Shown: in pieces, positions 49,062-59,841 of the stretch
Layout: every line of letters starts with the position of its first letter
Position numbering within the stretch: the first letter of the stretch is position 1
NCBI GenBank assembly: GCA_048882045.1
Contig: JBHLRZ010000014.1
Span: 1-64,000, forward strand
From: Candidatus Thorarchaeota archaeon
GTDB taxonomy: Archaea; Asgardarchaeota; Thorarchaeia; Thorarchaeales; Thorarchaeaceae
Reading direction: 5' to 3'
DNA: 64,000 nt
Made by a program: the position numbers and the translations under genes
The notes under the pieces: generated by a model
What the model was told of the DNA's origin: nothing
Seen by the model: the letters and a program-made list of their open reading frames with translations, nothing else
Databases searched by the model: none

Positions 49062-50206
49062 TTCGTCGGTTCTTCAGCTACTGCATAGAGAGGATGACCA
49101 GGTATCTTCCTAAGCGCATCAACTCCGCCCATAGGTAGGACCATCATCTGTGATGTTGGTGAATATAAACGAATAGGGGCACCTCGCTGCACATCAGCCT
49201 CTGGTGGGAGGAGTGAAACTGCGGAAATGTTGCCCACATTAAAATGGACTTCAACATTACTACCCACAAATATTACTTGGCTGATTTCACCAGCTATTTC
49301 ATTGTCGCTATTACTTGTTGGTTGGACATGAAGATCCTCTGGCCGAACAGCACATCGGACATGCTCACCGACCTCAAAGGGATAGTTCTCAACCGGAGAT
49401 AATCCTCTCACAGTTTGACCATCAGGCAGGTTGACTGTAAGCTCGGTCCCAATAGTGGATATCTCGCCATCAAGGAACGTACACTTACCGATGAAATCTG
49501 CAACAAACAGGGTTTGTGGTTTGTCATAGATCTCTCGAGGTGGATCATACTGCTGGACATATCCAAGGTCCATTACTGCGACCATGTCAGAGATACTGAG
49601 AGCCTCAATCTGGTCGTGAGTGACATACACAGTTGTGATGCCCAACTCTCCTTGAATTCGAAGAATCTCCTCACGCATCTCGTTCCTCAACTTCGCGTCA
49701 AGGTTAGAGAGTGGTTCGTCAAGGAGAAGCACATCCGGTTCGATAACTAATGCTCTTGCAAGAGCAACACGTTGCTGTTGTCCTCCTGAGAGTTGGTGAG
49801 GTGTCCTATCACCGAGACCTCCCATCCGTACAAGTTCGAGAGCGTTATCCACACGTGACTTGACAGCAGCTTTTGTAAATTTCAATCCCTGAACACGTTT
49901 CAGCTTGAGTCCGTACGCAATGTTGTCAAATACTGTCATGTGTGGCCAGAGCGCATAATTTTGGAAACACATACCAGTATTCCTCTTGTTCGGAGGAACT
50001 TCGGTCATCTCTCGGTCATCGAAAAAGATCTGACCTCTATCGGGAACATAGAATCCTGCTATCAGACGTAGAAGAGTTGTCTTTCCACAACCCGATGGAC
50101 CTAGGAGAGTGGAGAGTCTTCCATCCTGTAGAACCATATTCACATCATCAGTGGCTACAACTTCACCAAACGTCTTTCGTAAGTTCTTTAGTGTGATTTC
50201 AACCAT
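49058..50206 (-). CDS. ABC transporter ATPase (PotA/FbpC/MalK type)
   Basis: [27 protein letters not shown]. Confidence 0.93.
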   Translation of the reverse strand: MVEITLKNLRKTFGEVVATDDVNMVLQDGRLSTLLGPSGCGKTTLLRLIAGFYVPDRGQIFFDDREMTEVPPNKRNTGMCFQNYALWPHMTVFDNIAYGLKLKRVQGLKFTKAAVKSRVDNALELVRMGGLGDRTPHQLSGGQQQRVALARALVIEPDVLLLDEPLSNLDAKLRNEMREEILRIQGELGITTVYVTHDQIEALSISDMVAVMDLGYVQQYDPPREIYDKPQTLFVADFIGKCTFLDGEISTIGTELTVNLPDGQTVRGLSPVENYPFEVGEHVRCAVRPEDLHVQPTSNSDNEIAGEISQVIFVGSNVEVHFNVGNISAVSLLPPEADVQRGAPIRLYSPTSQMMVLPMGGVDALRKIPGHPLYAVAEEPTN

Positions 50207-50216
50207 TATATTCACC

Positions 50217-52268
50217 TCAGATTCCTGTCATGGCAGATGCTCTGGTCTTCAGGATAGCATTGGTAACTGCTATCACAACCATTTGCATAACCATCATGAG
50301 AACACCGAGAGCTGCCGCGGGTCCGATTCCATATGTTGGCGGTAGTCCCGCGTACGTTTCATTAATCCAATATGTTAACGGTGCCTGATAGTAATTGGCA
50401 CCACCGAGTAACAGACTCGTACTGACTTCACTCACGCAATATACGAATGAGAGAAGTGCTCCAGCAAGTACACTGACTCCAATTAATGGGACAACAATGC
50501 TCGTGAAAGTCTTATTTCTACTAGCCCCAACATTTTGCGCCGCTTCTTCTAACACCACAGGCGTCTGTTGCATCCCTGCATACGCTGCACGTACTGTGAA
50601 TGGAAACTTCCTCACCAAGAATGACATGATGATTAAGAACATTGGCCCATCGATTGGGAAGAATGGAGTATTGTAGAACAAGGTGAAGTATCCAGTAGCA
50701 ATAACAATACCTGGCAGAGCAATTGGAGATGTTACCAGCATGTCCAATGCCGTGCGACCCGGAATCTTCCGCCGAGATATGATGTATGCAGCAGATACTC
50801 CAAGCAGTACAATACCAAACGTTGCCACTGCAGCATAGCCTACTGTCCGAGTAAACGCCCCTTGTATGTCACCATTCCCTAATATCGCGTAGTTATTCCA
50901 TGTTAGTGGTGGAAACAGCTCACTCGACCGATACTGAGAGAACGACAACAGTATAACACTAATCTGCGGTATTAGAGCGAAGAACAGAACTGGGATAATT
51001 ACTAGAAACATCAAAATCCAGGTCCTAGTTGAGAGGTGCCTAGTGCGTGGATTCCACTGACCACCTTTGCTCGCTGAAGCATAACTTCGCAAAGATGCGT
51101 ATTTTCTGATGGCTAAGAAGCCCGACAACGCAAATACAAGCAAGATCATTCCTATCGCAGGACCCAATGGGTTGATATCCCCCGATTCGGCAATGATGCT
51201 GTCAAACACTTGGAACGCTAAGGTCTTCTGTGCTTGCAAATCCTCAGCATACACAATGGGAGTTCCTAGGTCCTCAATGCTAAGAATGAATGTGAGAATT
51301 GCTCCAGCTTGAATGCCTGGCATCGCCAATGGAAGAGTGACAGATCTAAAAAGTTTGAAGCCAGTTGCTCCCAAGTTTTCTGCTTGTTCCTCTAATGATG
51401 GATCAATTCCCATGAACGATGAATAGGCATTGAGGTAAACTAGTGAAAAGAGCGAGAATCCTTGTACTATTATGATCGCCGCCAATCCATGGAATTCGAA
51501 TCGAGTCCACTCCAAACCAAACAAATCAAAGAATGCAGCCGCCAAGTTGTTCAAGAAACCATTGGCACCCAAAAACCACTTGATTCCCATGGCGCCGATG
51601 AATGGAGTCGAGAGCATTGGAAACAGCAGGAGAGTCCTGAGAACACCCTTACCCGGAAATTCATAGCGTGCAATGATGAAAGCAAATCCAGTTCCTAATA
51701 CAACCGAGATGATAGTGACGAAGACTGCAGAATACACAGAGTTAAGAATAACTCCAAGATCAATACCCCAGATCTCAATGTATCCAGCACCCGTTGGACG
51801 AATCCAGTTGAAGTCTGTAGGTTGCCATTGGGGAACATAAAATGCATTATTGAAGAGTTGAGTTATCAGATTCAATGAAACGCCAGTATCAGTCACAAAT
51901 GAACCCCAAACCACACTGAGTAAAGGTGCAATCAAGAAGAGTCCGAACACAAAGATGATTCCAACTAGTTGAACCCAACTTAGAGTGTCCATCTCTCTTC
52001 CCATCTCTTCTGCATAAACACCCATCCTTTTTGAGAATCGGCGGATACTCTGTCCTGGATCAAGGAAGAACCGATACAGACGTATAATTCCGCGATAGAT
52101 CCATTTGAAGAACGCTAGGATTCGATTACCAAGGCCGACAAAGAAACCTATGATAAAATAGCCTATTGAATGGAGGTCGATGGGAGCAGAGGACTCCATA
52201 TCTTCAGGAATAACTTCAGATCCCATTTCAGTATCGAATTCACTCAGCCCCACATCTTCCACATCCAT
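50217..52268 (-). CDS. ABC transporter permease, fused double domain (FbpB/ThiP/AfuB type)
   Basis: Two EAA loops (LEEQAENLGA, LEEAAQNVGA); many TM segments. Confidence 0.9.
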   Translation of the reverse strand: MDVEDVGLSEFDTEMGSEVIPEDMESSAPIDLHSIGYFIIGFFVGLGNRILAFFKWIYRGIIRLYRFFLDPGQSIRRFSKRMGVYAEEMGREMDTLSWVQLVGIIFVFGLFLIAPLLSVVWGSFVTDTGVSLNLITQLFNNAFYVPQWQPTDFNWIRPTGAGYIEIWGIDLGVILNSVYSAVFVTIISVVLGTGFAFIIARYEFPGKGVLRTLLLFPMLSTPFIGAMGIKWFLGANGFLNNLAAAFFDLFGLEWTRFEFHGLAAIIIVQGFSLFSLVYLNAYSSFMGIDPSLEEQAENLGATGFKLFRSVTLPLAMPGIQAGAILTFILSIEDLGTPIVYAEDLQAQKTLAFQVFDSIIAESGDINPLGPAIGMILLVFALSGFLAIRKYASLRSYASASKGGQWNPRTRHLSTRTWILMFLVIIPVLFFALIPQISVILLSFSQYRSSELFPPLTWNNYAILGNGDIQGAFTRTVGYAAVATFGIVLLGVSAAYIISRRKIPGRTALDMLVTSPIALPGIVIATGYFTLFYNTPFFPIDGPMFLIIMSFLVRKFPFTVRAAYAGMQQTPVVLEEAAQNVGASRNKTFTSIVVPLIGVSVLAGALLSFVYCVSEVSTSLLLGGANYYQAPLTYWINETYAGLPPTYGIGPAAALGVLMMVMQMVVIAVTNAILKTRASAMTGI

Positions 52269-52292
52269 GGTGTTGTTAGATTATACGAGTCA

Positions 52293-53720
52293 TCACGGAG
52301 TGAGGTATGCGTTCAAATCTGCGAGCGTGTCCAAATACTGTTGATTGGCTGCTGCAGTCCATACTGTCTGCATGTTATAATAGAATGTGCTATCAGAGAT
52401 CATCTGGTCGTTGATTTGCTTAGCAAATGCTATTGTAAAGTTGGTAGGTGTGCTCTCATAATCGATTGTCACAGGACGACCCATCATGACTGCCCAATCA
52501 TCGAGTTGTTCAATTGTGATGTCTGAGGCCAAATAAGCACTGACCAGCGCATCCCAACAAAGGACTAGGTTGTCATGCGCATCATTGAACACAGCCTCAA
52601 AGTAGGAAATGAAGGCTGTATTGATTTCCACAGACAGAGTATCATTGAATTCGATACCAGATGTTGCAATAGTCTGATTATAGGTTTCGTACAGATCCTG
52701 GAAACCCTGACCGTATGGAGTCAGGAAGGCTGATCCAAGTACAGGCATCCTACTGACACCAGGTGTGAGCCAGACTGCTTGCCCTTCAGGAGACAAGACA
52801 AAGTCAACAAAACCTTCAGCCAAGTCCATCTTTGGTGTGTCCTTCACAATAGCAATAGGGTCACCATTGACGATTGTTTCACCCTCAGGAATGATGTACT
52901 CACAGTCTGGATTGTTTGCCTGCGTGTTGTAACCATAAAAGTCAATTGACATTGCAACACCGACTTCTTGGTTCTCAACTGCTGCCTGGGTCTGAACAGA
53001 TCCAGGATACAGACGAGCACTTCCAGCCATTCTGGCCATTGTGACCCAGCCCGCATCCCAACCCATTCCTTGAGTAATGATCTCATAGATACGGGTATTG
53101 GATGTTGTTGCAGGTGCGTTACCCATAGCTATTGTGGCAGTAGGCAACAGCGAACCCCAAATGGGCTGAGCAAGATGTGTCCAGTTGTTTGGTGTGGGAA
53201 GACTGTTTGCGTCAAGGAATGCATGATTCACTGTGAAGCCAAATGTCGAGATAGCAGCGGCAACCCACACAACATCACTATTTGTATCGCGACGCTTCAT
53301 ATCGGTGTTGGCAATCTCATCAGGAACCCTATCAACGACTGCCTCAATTGAGGCCCAGTTTAAGGGCTCAAGATTACCATCTCGTTGCATTTGGTCAAAT
53401 AGAGTGGGTCCGCCACCCCATAAGACATCAACTCCTCCGGCAGCGATAACATCATCCCAGAAACCACCATCTTGCGTCTTCCAAACAACATCTGTAATTC
53501 CATTATCAACAGCAAAATCTGATGCTAAGAATGCTGTTTCATATGCTGCGTGAATGGCAACGTCGTGACGAGTAAGAACAGTAATGCTCTGTCCAGGACC
53601 TGCTGGTCCACCCAAGTTAAGAACAACTATGGCACCACCAGTAACGACGACACCAATTACTACGACAGCAATAACTATCGTTTTCATATTTCGTGTACTT
53701 TCGAACTCTCCGGCCATCAA
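52293..53720 (-). CDS. ABC substrate-binding protein (AfuA/FbpA-like)
   Basis: N-terminal TM; DVLWGGG, P.NW..L, A..TTS, SIDFYG, NGDPIAI, FVDFVLS.EGQ. Confidence 0.85.
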   Translation of the reverse strand: MMAGEFESTRNMKTIVIAVVVIGVVVTGGAIVVLNLGGPAGPGQSITVLTRHDVAIHAAYETAFLASDFAVDNGITDVVWKTQDGGFWDDVIAAGGVDVLWGGGPTLFDQMQRDGNLEPLNWASIEAVVDRVPDEIANTDMKRRDTNSDVVWVAAAISTFGFTVNHAFLDANSLPTPNNWTHLAQPIWGSLLPTATIAMGNAPATTSNTRIYEIITQGMGWDAGWVTMARMAGSARLYPGSVQTQAAVENQEVGVAMSIDFYGYNTQANNPDCEYIIPEGETIVNGDPIAIVKDTPKMDLAEGFVDFVLSPEGQAVWLTPGVSRMPVLGSAFLTPYGQGFQDLYETYNQTIATSGIEFNDTLSVEINTAFISYFEAVFNDAHDNLVLCWDALVSAYLASDITIEQLDDWAVMMGRPVTIDYESTPTNFTIAFAKQINDQMISDSTFYYNMQTVWTAAANQQYLDTLADLNAYLTP

Positions 53721-54027
53721 GTATCACCTTTTTGAGATAAACTTCTATTGATGTAATCTCACCGTCCCTTTTCAAAGCTCCTCTCAAATCTGCTAAGACT
53801 CGACACAACTAAGTGTAGTATTAAAGCTTTGTCACCAATGCTCATGTGTTTATGGGCACACGTCCATTCATGAGGATTTGTTCGACATTTTGCTATTTGT
53901 TCAACAATCGATGTTAGCTTCGACACAAAACGTAGAAGAGCCTAAAAGCCTAAATACTCATCACCTTTGTAACTGCTTACGTTTCGAGTACTCTTTTCAA
54001 GAAGATTCGAAGGAGGACAAACACGCG

Positions 54028-55059
54028 TTGAATACATACTTGAGGACGCGAAAGATTGCAGCAGTATTTCTACTCGCAGCACTTTTTGCTCCATATTTTA
54101 TTAGCGTCGGTGTTGTCCCACCAAAAGTTGTAGGTCAAGAAGATCCACTAATTGTGATTGACATGACCCACGGTCAGTACTCTTCATACGTATTTGGAGA
54201 GGAAGACACTTGGTTGGAAAACAACCTGACTGCTATGGGATACGACGTGGTGTTCGCGTATGGTGGTCTTAACGACACCATTCTAGCGGATGCTGACGGT
54301 CTACTAGTCGGTGCTATCTATGGTACCAGCAACGGATTTACTAATCAGGAAGTCACTGATGTAGCTGATTGGTTTAATGCAGGTGGTAAGTTCATGTGGG
54401 TCGGATCTGACTCTGACTACGCAGGCTATGCCTACATCAACGCCAACTCATCACTCATTCTCGATGCTGTTGGTTCACATGTCTACCCTGAAGCCATTTC
54501 GATCAGTGATGCTATTTCCAACTGCAACGCTTCATACAGAGTCGTTGCGAACAAAACAAGCACTAATGCATTCGTTGCTAACATTGTTGACGGTGTCGAT
54601 GCAGTACTGATGCACGGTCCAACCTCACTCTACGGAAGCACTTCCGGAGCTGAGGGTACTGATGTTGTTGCACTTGAAACCACAACAATTGCCAACGTCT
54701 ATCCAGTTCTCTATTACGGAGCTTCTGCAACCATTGGAGACTCTGACCTTGTTCCACCACTCGCAAACGATGATGGTGATTCAGGTGAGTTTGTCGCAAT
54801 GACAATAGAGATGAATGCTGGAGAAGCAGGAACAGGTGTGATCATTGTTTCAGGTGCATCACCATACGGTGACTACCAGCCAATGTTCACAACTGAGTAC
54901 TATGATGTACCACTAAATGGCGACGCACTTGTCAAACAGGCAATCGAGTTTGGCATGAATCCACCCACTGGGTTTGCAATTGATCCATTGCTTCTGATGG
55001 GTATTGCTGGCGCTGTAATTGTAGTCATCATCGTTGTAGTCGTATTGAAGAGAAGGTAG
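54028..55059 (+). CDS. Surface protein with GIFT/GldG-like (class I GATase-like) domain
   Basis: Signal peptide; VIDMTHG, L...GY.V, E...V..WF..GG; C-terminal DP-TM-KRR; GGAGG before TTG at 54028. Confidence 0.7.
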   Translation: MNTYLRTRKIAAVFLLAALFAPYFISVGVVPPKVVGQEDPLIVIDMTHGQYSSYVFGEEDTWLENNLTAMGYDVVFAYGGLNDTILADADGLLVGAIYGTSNGFTNQEVTDVADWFNAGGKFMWVGSDSDYAGYAYINANSSLILDAVGSHVYPEAISISDAISNCNASYRVVANKTSTNAFVANIVDGVDAVLMHGPTSLYGSTSGAEGTDVVALETTTIANVYPVLYYGASATIGDSDLVPPLANDDGDSGEFVAMTIEMNAGEAGTGVIIVSGASPYGDYQPMFTTEYYDVPLNGDALVKQAIEFGMNPPTGFAIDPLLLMGIAGAVIVVIIVVVVLKRR

Positions 55060-55073
55060 ATACCTATCTCAAT

Positions 55074-55110
55074 GAGGTAGAGAAATCTACCTCTTCCCCT
55101 TTCTTTTTCT
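55074..55110 (+). terminator. Hairpin + pyrimidine-tract terminator
   Basis: GAGGTAGA-gaaa-TCTACCTC followed by TTCCCCTTTCTTTTT. Confidence 0.65.
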
Positions 55111-55220
55111 TAATCCCGTTAAGTACCCACTGAATTACAAGATGAAACATAACTATGTTATGGGACACATTTAATTGTGATATCCTCTGGAAGAATAATC
55201 AGAGGTCTGCGATATTGAAG

Positions 55221-57677
55221 ATGCACTCAAGGATTCTGATTGTTGCTCTCTGTATAGTGTTATTCACAATACCTGTATTGTTTTCAAATTCTAGTATGAT
55301 CACGCACCTAGATAGTACACCAGAAGCCAAAGCTGTTGTAAGTCAGGCGGGTCAAATGGTTCTTTTTGATGAAGCTCATTGCGCTTATGGAAGCGCGGCA
55401 TTCACGCCTGGGAATGCTTCGCTTTTTGCTTGGATTCTTGAGGAACACGGATATGACACAGATATGAACTTCGACCAACCTCTCGACTCAGGAATACTCA
55501 GTGGGGTTGACGTTCTCATCCTAGTCTTCCCAATGGTTGCATTAACTGCAAGTGAGATTACAGCTGTTGAGAATTTCGTTCAGGCGGGTGGGGGGCTTCT
55601 CCTTGTTGGTACTGATAATAATCCAGTATGGGGATTCACACCATTCAATCTCAATGCTCTTTCGCAGACATTTGGTATCACTTTCAGTACAGATGTAGCT
55701 GATTCGTGGTTGGACAAAACTACCGAATTGGATACTCATCACCTGACATATGATGTAAGTTCAATTCATTCTAACATAGACTTCAAATTGAGAGGGACTA
55801 TACTCACGGTTGAAAGTCCAGCTTCCACGATTGTTGAACACGATGGAGATCCAGTTGCTGCGGTTTCTGAATATGGAACTGGCAGAGTTGTAGGTGTTGG
55901 CTCTCTCGCGCCTTTCTTGGAGTACCGTGAAGGAACTATAATGCAGAATGAGAAGGACGACCTATTCCAATTCTCACTTAATACTGTAGACTGGTTGGCT
56001 GGTAATTCACCCAGAAAAGTTACTGTCCCAGAGATAGCTGTGATTCCGGTGGGCTCGGGACCGTCTCTCTCAACAGCAGAGGTTGAGGGATACAGAGCAT
56101 ATACTGGAACCATCCATGACCACACAGTTCATAGTGATGGTGCTGATACACCTGGAGATATGCTGTGGGCGGCTGTAACAAGAGGGCAGGACTACTTCAT
56201 CATGACAGACCATAGCTATGAATCTCCCAATCCTCTAGGACTGGGTGGTGTGACGGGAGGATTTGCCATGAGGGCAATTGCTGAAGCCAGCGGGTTAGAC
56301 ATAGAGATATTCGCTGGAGCAGAGCTTTCAAGAGGGCATCATTCATTGGCGTTTCCATTGACAGAGAACATCTACACAGATACTCAAGAAGGGATGATCG
56401 CAGGTGCTCGAGCACAAGGTGCGTTCATCTCTCTATGTCATCCAACAATTGCAGAAGGTTATCTGGTTTCTTACGAAAACTTTGAAACATTGGGTTATGA
56501 CGCCCTAGAAGTGACAGATGACAGCTATTCGCACGGTCTTTGGGACGAGGGGTATACAAAGAACTTCTACGGTGGCAATGATGGACACCAGTACGAGGAT
56601 GTCGGAAATGTCCTCAATGTTGTGTTTGTCGACAATCCTACAGGACCTGATGGGAGACTCTCCGCAACGGATATCATCGATGCCATTATGAACAAGAGAA
56701 TTGTGGTAATAGACAAGTATCAAGATATAATCTATGGACAGCAAGTCTGGTTGGATCGATATTTTGACCTTATGGAAACAGCAGAAACTGATATTGCAGC
56801 CGCATCCGCTTTGGTAGAATCTGCAGGTGGAAATGGAACATCTCTCGCAGAACTCTATCTGAGAGATGCACAAAGGGCATACAGTCAGGGGAGTCCCCAA
56901 CGAGCAATCTTTGCTGCTGCAAATGCAACATCTGATGAGGCTTTGAACATATCAATTGAAGTCATTGAGCCACCAGAACCCCGATACATATACCCTGAAA
57001 CGAATCACGACCTCACATTGAATGTTTCAAGTTCTATTGGCAATTCGGTTCAATTCAATATAACACCATATAGAGTAGTAGGATTTTCGTCTGGTGTGAT
57101 TAACGAAGAAGTCATTATACCTGCAAGTGGTCATACAAGTTGGACAACTTCAGTTACGACACCTCTAGAGGGTTATTGTGCATTGATATTCAATCTTCAT
57201 GAGTTTAATACAACTACGAAGCTATCGCCTGTAGTTTATGGTGTAGGTGAACTTACGAATGTAGGTGTACATTATGAGATTGAAAGAGATGTGGACGGAA
57301 CATATGTGACCGCACAGTTTGCAATTGTGCGAGGTAATCATCGGTTGCTCAGTGGTGCAATAGGGTTCTATAATGATGGTTCCGGTGAGCAAAACATCAC
57401 TCTCGCTATAAGAACGAACGTTATTGAGGGGACCATTGGCCCATATCTTAAGGGAACAATAATCACACTCCATGCAGTCATATACGACGTGTTTGGAGGA
57501 GTGTTCGAATCACCTGACGTTCAATATACTGTCACAACTGATCCTCTTGAACCAACAACCACAGCAACTGGCCCACCTCCAATTGTGATTGATCCATTGC
57601 TGTTGGGTGCCATTGCTGTTGGTGTTGTTGTTGTCATCGTGATAGTGGTAATGTTGATGAAAAGGAAGGGAACCTAG
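55221..57677 (+). CDS. Surface PHP-family (CehA/McbA-like) metallophosphoesterase with N-terminal GIFT-like domain
   Basis: VLFDEAH domain; HDHTVHSDG, TDH, GAE, CHP, GNDGH PHP motifs; C-terminal DP-TM-KRK. Confidence 0.8.
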   Translation: MHSRILIVALCIVLFTIPVLFSNSSMITHLDSTPEAKAVVSQAGQMVLFDEAHCAYGSAAFTPGNASLFAWILEEHGYDTDMNFDQPLDSGILSGVDVLILVFPMVALTASEITAVENFVQAGGGLLLVGTDNNPVWGFTPFNLNALSQTFGITFSTDVADSWLDKTTELDTHHLTYDVSSIHSNIDFKLRGTILTVESPASTIVEHDGDPVAAVSEYGTGRVVGVGSLAPFLEYREGTIMQNEKDDLFQFSLNTVDWLAGNSPRKVTVPEIAVIPVGSGPSLSTAEVEGYRAYTGTIHDHTVHSDGADTPGDMLWAAVTRGQDYFIMTDHSYESPNPLGLGGVTGGFAMRAIAEASGLDIEIFAGAELSRGHHSLAFPLTENIYTDTQEGMIAGARAQGAFISLCHPTIAEGYLVSYENFETLGYDALEVTDDSYSHGLWDEGYTKNFYGGNDGHQYEDVGNVLNVVFVDNPTGPDGRLSATDIIDAIMNKRIVVIDKYQDIIYGQQVWLDRYFDLMETAETDIAAASALVESAGGNGTSLAELYLRDAQRAYSQGSPQRAIFAAANATSDEALNISIEVIEPPEPRYIYPETNHDLTLNVSSSIGNSVQFNITPYRVVGFSSGVINEEVIIPASGHTSWTTSVTTPLEGYCALIFNLHEFNTTTKLSPVVYGVGELTNVGVHYEIERDVDGTYVTAQFAIVRGNHRLLSGAIGFYNDGSGEQNITLAIRTNVIEGTIGPYLKGTIITLHAVIYDVFGGVFESPDVQYTVTTDPLEPTTTATGPPPIVIDPLLLGAIAVGVVVVIVIVVMLMKRKGT

Positions 57678-57741
57678 TACTGTGAGATGGATATCAGTTG
57701 GGCATACCACTTAATAGCCAAAAGCTTCCTCTTAAGAATTC

Positions 57742-59652
57742 ATGAGGAAGCAATGGCTTATCATGGCACTCTTGCTAGTGCCATTAGTATCAGTAGCTGT
57801 GGTTTTTCCCAATGCCAAACCTGTAGACGCATGGGGATTGACAACCCATCAGTTCCTAGTTACGGAGGCGTCTAGTGGTATAACAAATGCTAGCTGGGCA
57901 GCAGCATTTCAATACTACTCGCCAGAGCTCTTGTCTGGTTCTACAGCTCCCGACCAAGCTTGGCAAGACTGGGACAACCATCTCTACTATCCTGAAACAG
58001 GAGAACATGATGCACCATATGCAGCTCAAAGATGGTTTGATTTCGCAGTTGCTAATTTCACTGCTGAAACCTGGGAAGATGGTTTCTTTGCGATAGGTGT
58101 TGCATCACACTATATGGTGGATCCAGCAATATTGCTGCATACTGATGCTGCGGGAGATCCTGCGGTGTTTGATGGTCATTCAGCATACGAAGGTGATATC
58201 AATGCTAACTTGGGAAGTCTTACACTTGATACTCCTGGAGAATTTGAGATTGCAAATGTGACAGATAGGGTCGTTCAACACGCTATTTTTTCACATCAGT
58301 TCCTTGATTATGTCTTAGACGAATACCTGACAAATGAAACAGAAGCAATTGCTACAAACGCGACAATCAAAGCATTCACAGAGGATTGCTTATCCATGGC
58401 TCTGAATAGCACACTCAGTCTATTCTATACGGCAACACTCGGACTAAATGCTCCGGATGTTACAGTCACATACGAGTACGTAGCACTTGTTGACTACGCT
58501 CATACTAATGACTATATTGACTACAGTGGAGAGTCCCGATTGGTAGGTATCAACCAGACTCTGGGAAGAGCTGGATTTCAGATGATAAACCATGATACTG
58601 CTATCACATCTGGAGCACTTACTGGAGTCGACCTCTTCATAGCGACTTGTGGATTAGACGAATACACGACAGATGAGTTAACTGCGATATCCACCTGGGC
58701 GGCATCAGGCAACAAGACAATCCTTCTCACTGGAAGGGGAGACTTCTCTGAGTATGTAGACACTGCCAGACCAAATCAGATTCTCGAAGCAGTTGGGGCT
58801 CACATCCGTGTCAATGATGACAACGTCTACATGCTAGACACATACAATCTTTGGTACAATGACCTCAACTACATACCTCCATTACCAGACACAGCAGGTT
58901 TGATGAATGGCGTGAGTACAATTACATTCTATTCGCCAACAAGTCTGTACTTCACTGATGATGGCCCGGTTCTTCCCATCCTCTATGCCAACGTAACTGG
59001 TTATCAGACAGACCAGATACCACCAGCTCCAGTTGTGATCTATGACAACACTGATGATGGCGAGAATGGTGAACAGATACCACTGGCTGCAATAGAAGAG
59101 ATTGGCAACCTGAGGCTCCTTGTCGCAGGTACGACATTCTTCAGTGACTTCGACTATGGTAAGACTTCCATTTTTGACAATATCATTCTCCTAGAGAACT
59201 TCTTGGAATGGGCAACGAATCGAACGATTGGCGAAGTATCTGACGTGGATGAGGTCGGACCACGGATTGGAGACGTAGGTTTCACGCCGAGTATGCCCAG
59301 CAACACACAGGACGTGACATTCACTGCAACAGTTACCGATCCAGGTGGTGTGGACACTGTATCTCTTCAATACGAAGGTGATTCAGGTACGGTTACAGTC
59401 GACATGACTGCATCTGGTGATGACTACTCTGGTGTGATAACAGGGCTCTCGGATGAATCAATCTTGGTGAAAATAGTAGCAACTGACACAGATGGTAACA
59501 CTGCAGTAAGAGGATATTTCACAGTGACATGGGGCGGCGGTGATACAACTCCTCCTCCACCCACACCATTCGATCCAACTCTATTTCTAATGATTGGAGG
59601 AGTCGGTTTGGTCGTGGTAGTGATTGTCGTTGGTATTATGAGACGAAGATGA
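57742..59652 (+). CDS. Surface zinc-dependent phospholipase C/P1-nuclease family protein + GIFT-like domain
   Basis: A|WGLTTH, GSTAPD, NHLY, SHYMVD...H, HSAYE Zn ligands; VDYAHTN domain; C-terminal DP-TM-RRR. Confidence 0.82.
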   Translation: MRKQWLIMALLLVPLVSVAVVFPNAKPVDAWGLTTHQFLVTEASSGITNASWAAAFQYYSPELLSGSTAPDQAWQDWDNHLYYPETGEHDAPYAAQRWFDFAVANFTAETWEDGFFAIGVASHYMVDPAILLHTDAAGDPAVFDGHSAYEGDINANLGSLTLDTPGEFEIANVTDRVVQHAIFSHQFLDYVLDEYLTNETEAIATNATIKAFTEDCLSMALNSTLSLFYTATLGLNAPDVTVTYEYVALVDYAHTNDYIDYSGESRLVGINQTLGRAGFQMINHDTAITSGALTGVDLFIATCGLDEYTTDELTAISTWAASGNKTILLTGRGDFSEYVDTARPNQILEAVGAHIRVNDDNVYMLDTYNLWYNDLNYIPPLPDTAGLMNGVSTITFYSPTSLYFTDDGPVLPILYANVTGYQTDQIPPAPVVIYDNTDDGENGEQIPLAAIEEIGNLRLLVAGTTFFSDFDYGKTSIFDNIILLENFLEWATNRTIGEVSDVDEVGPRIGDVGFTPSMPSNTQDVTFTATVTDPGGVDTVSLQYEGDSGTVTVDMTASGDDYSGVITGLSDESILVKIVATDTDGNTAVRGYFTVTWGGGDTTPPPPTPFDPTLFLMIGGVGLVVVVIVVGIMRRR

Positions 59653-59662
59653 ATTTCAGAGT

Positions 59663-59702
59663 TGGTCTGATCAATGTCGGACCATCTCTCCTTCTTTTTC
59701 TT
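59663..59702 (+). terminator. Hairpin + pyrimidine-tract terminator
   Basis: TGGTCTGA-tcaatg-TCGGACCA then TCTCTCCTTCTTTTT. Confidence 0.6.
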
Positions 59703-59841
59703 ATGCTGTCGGATTGAGTGAGAAAAAACATCAGTCCTCTCGATTTCAGAATAGGGCTTTTCGAAAATCGGAGAGGCTTACCTTCATAAGCTTAGGTTGA
59801 GTACTGTTTCACGATAATAAAGAGAGAAGAGGGGTTGCAGG

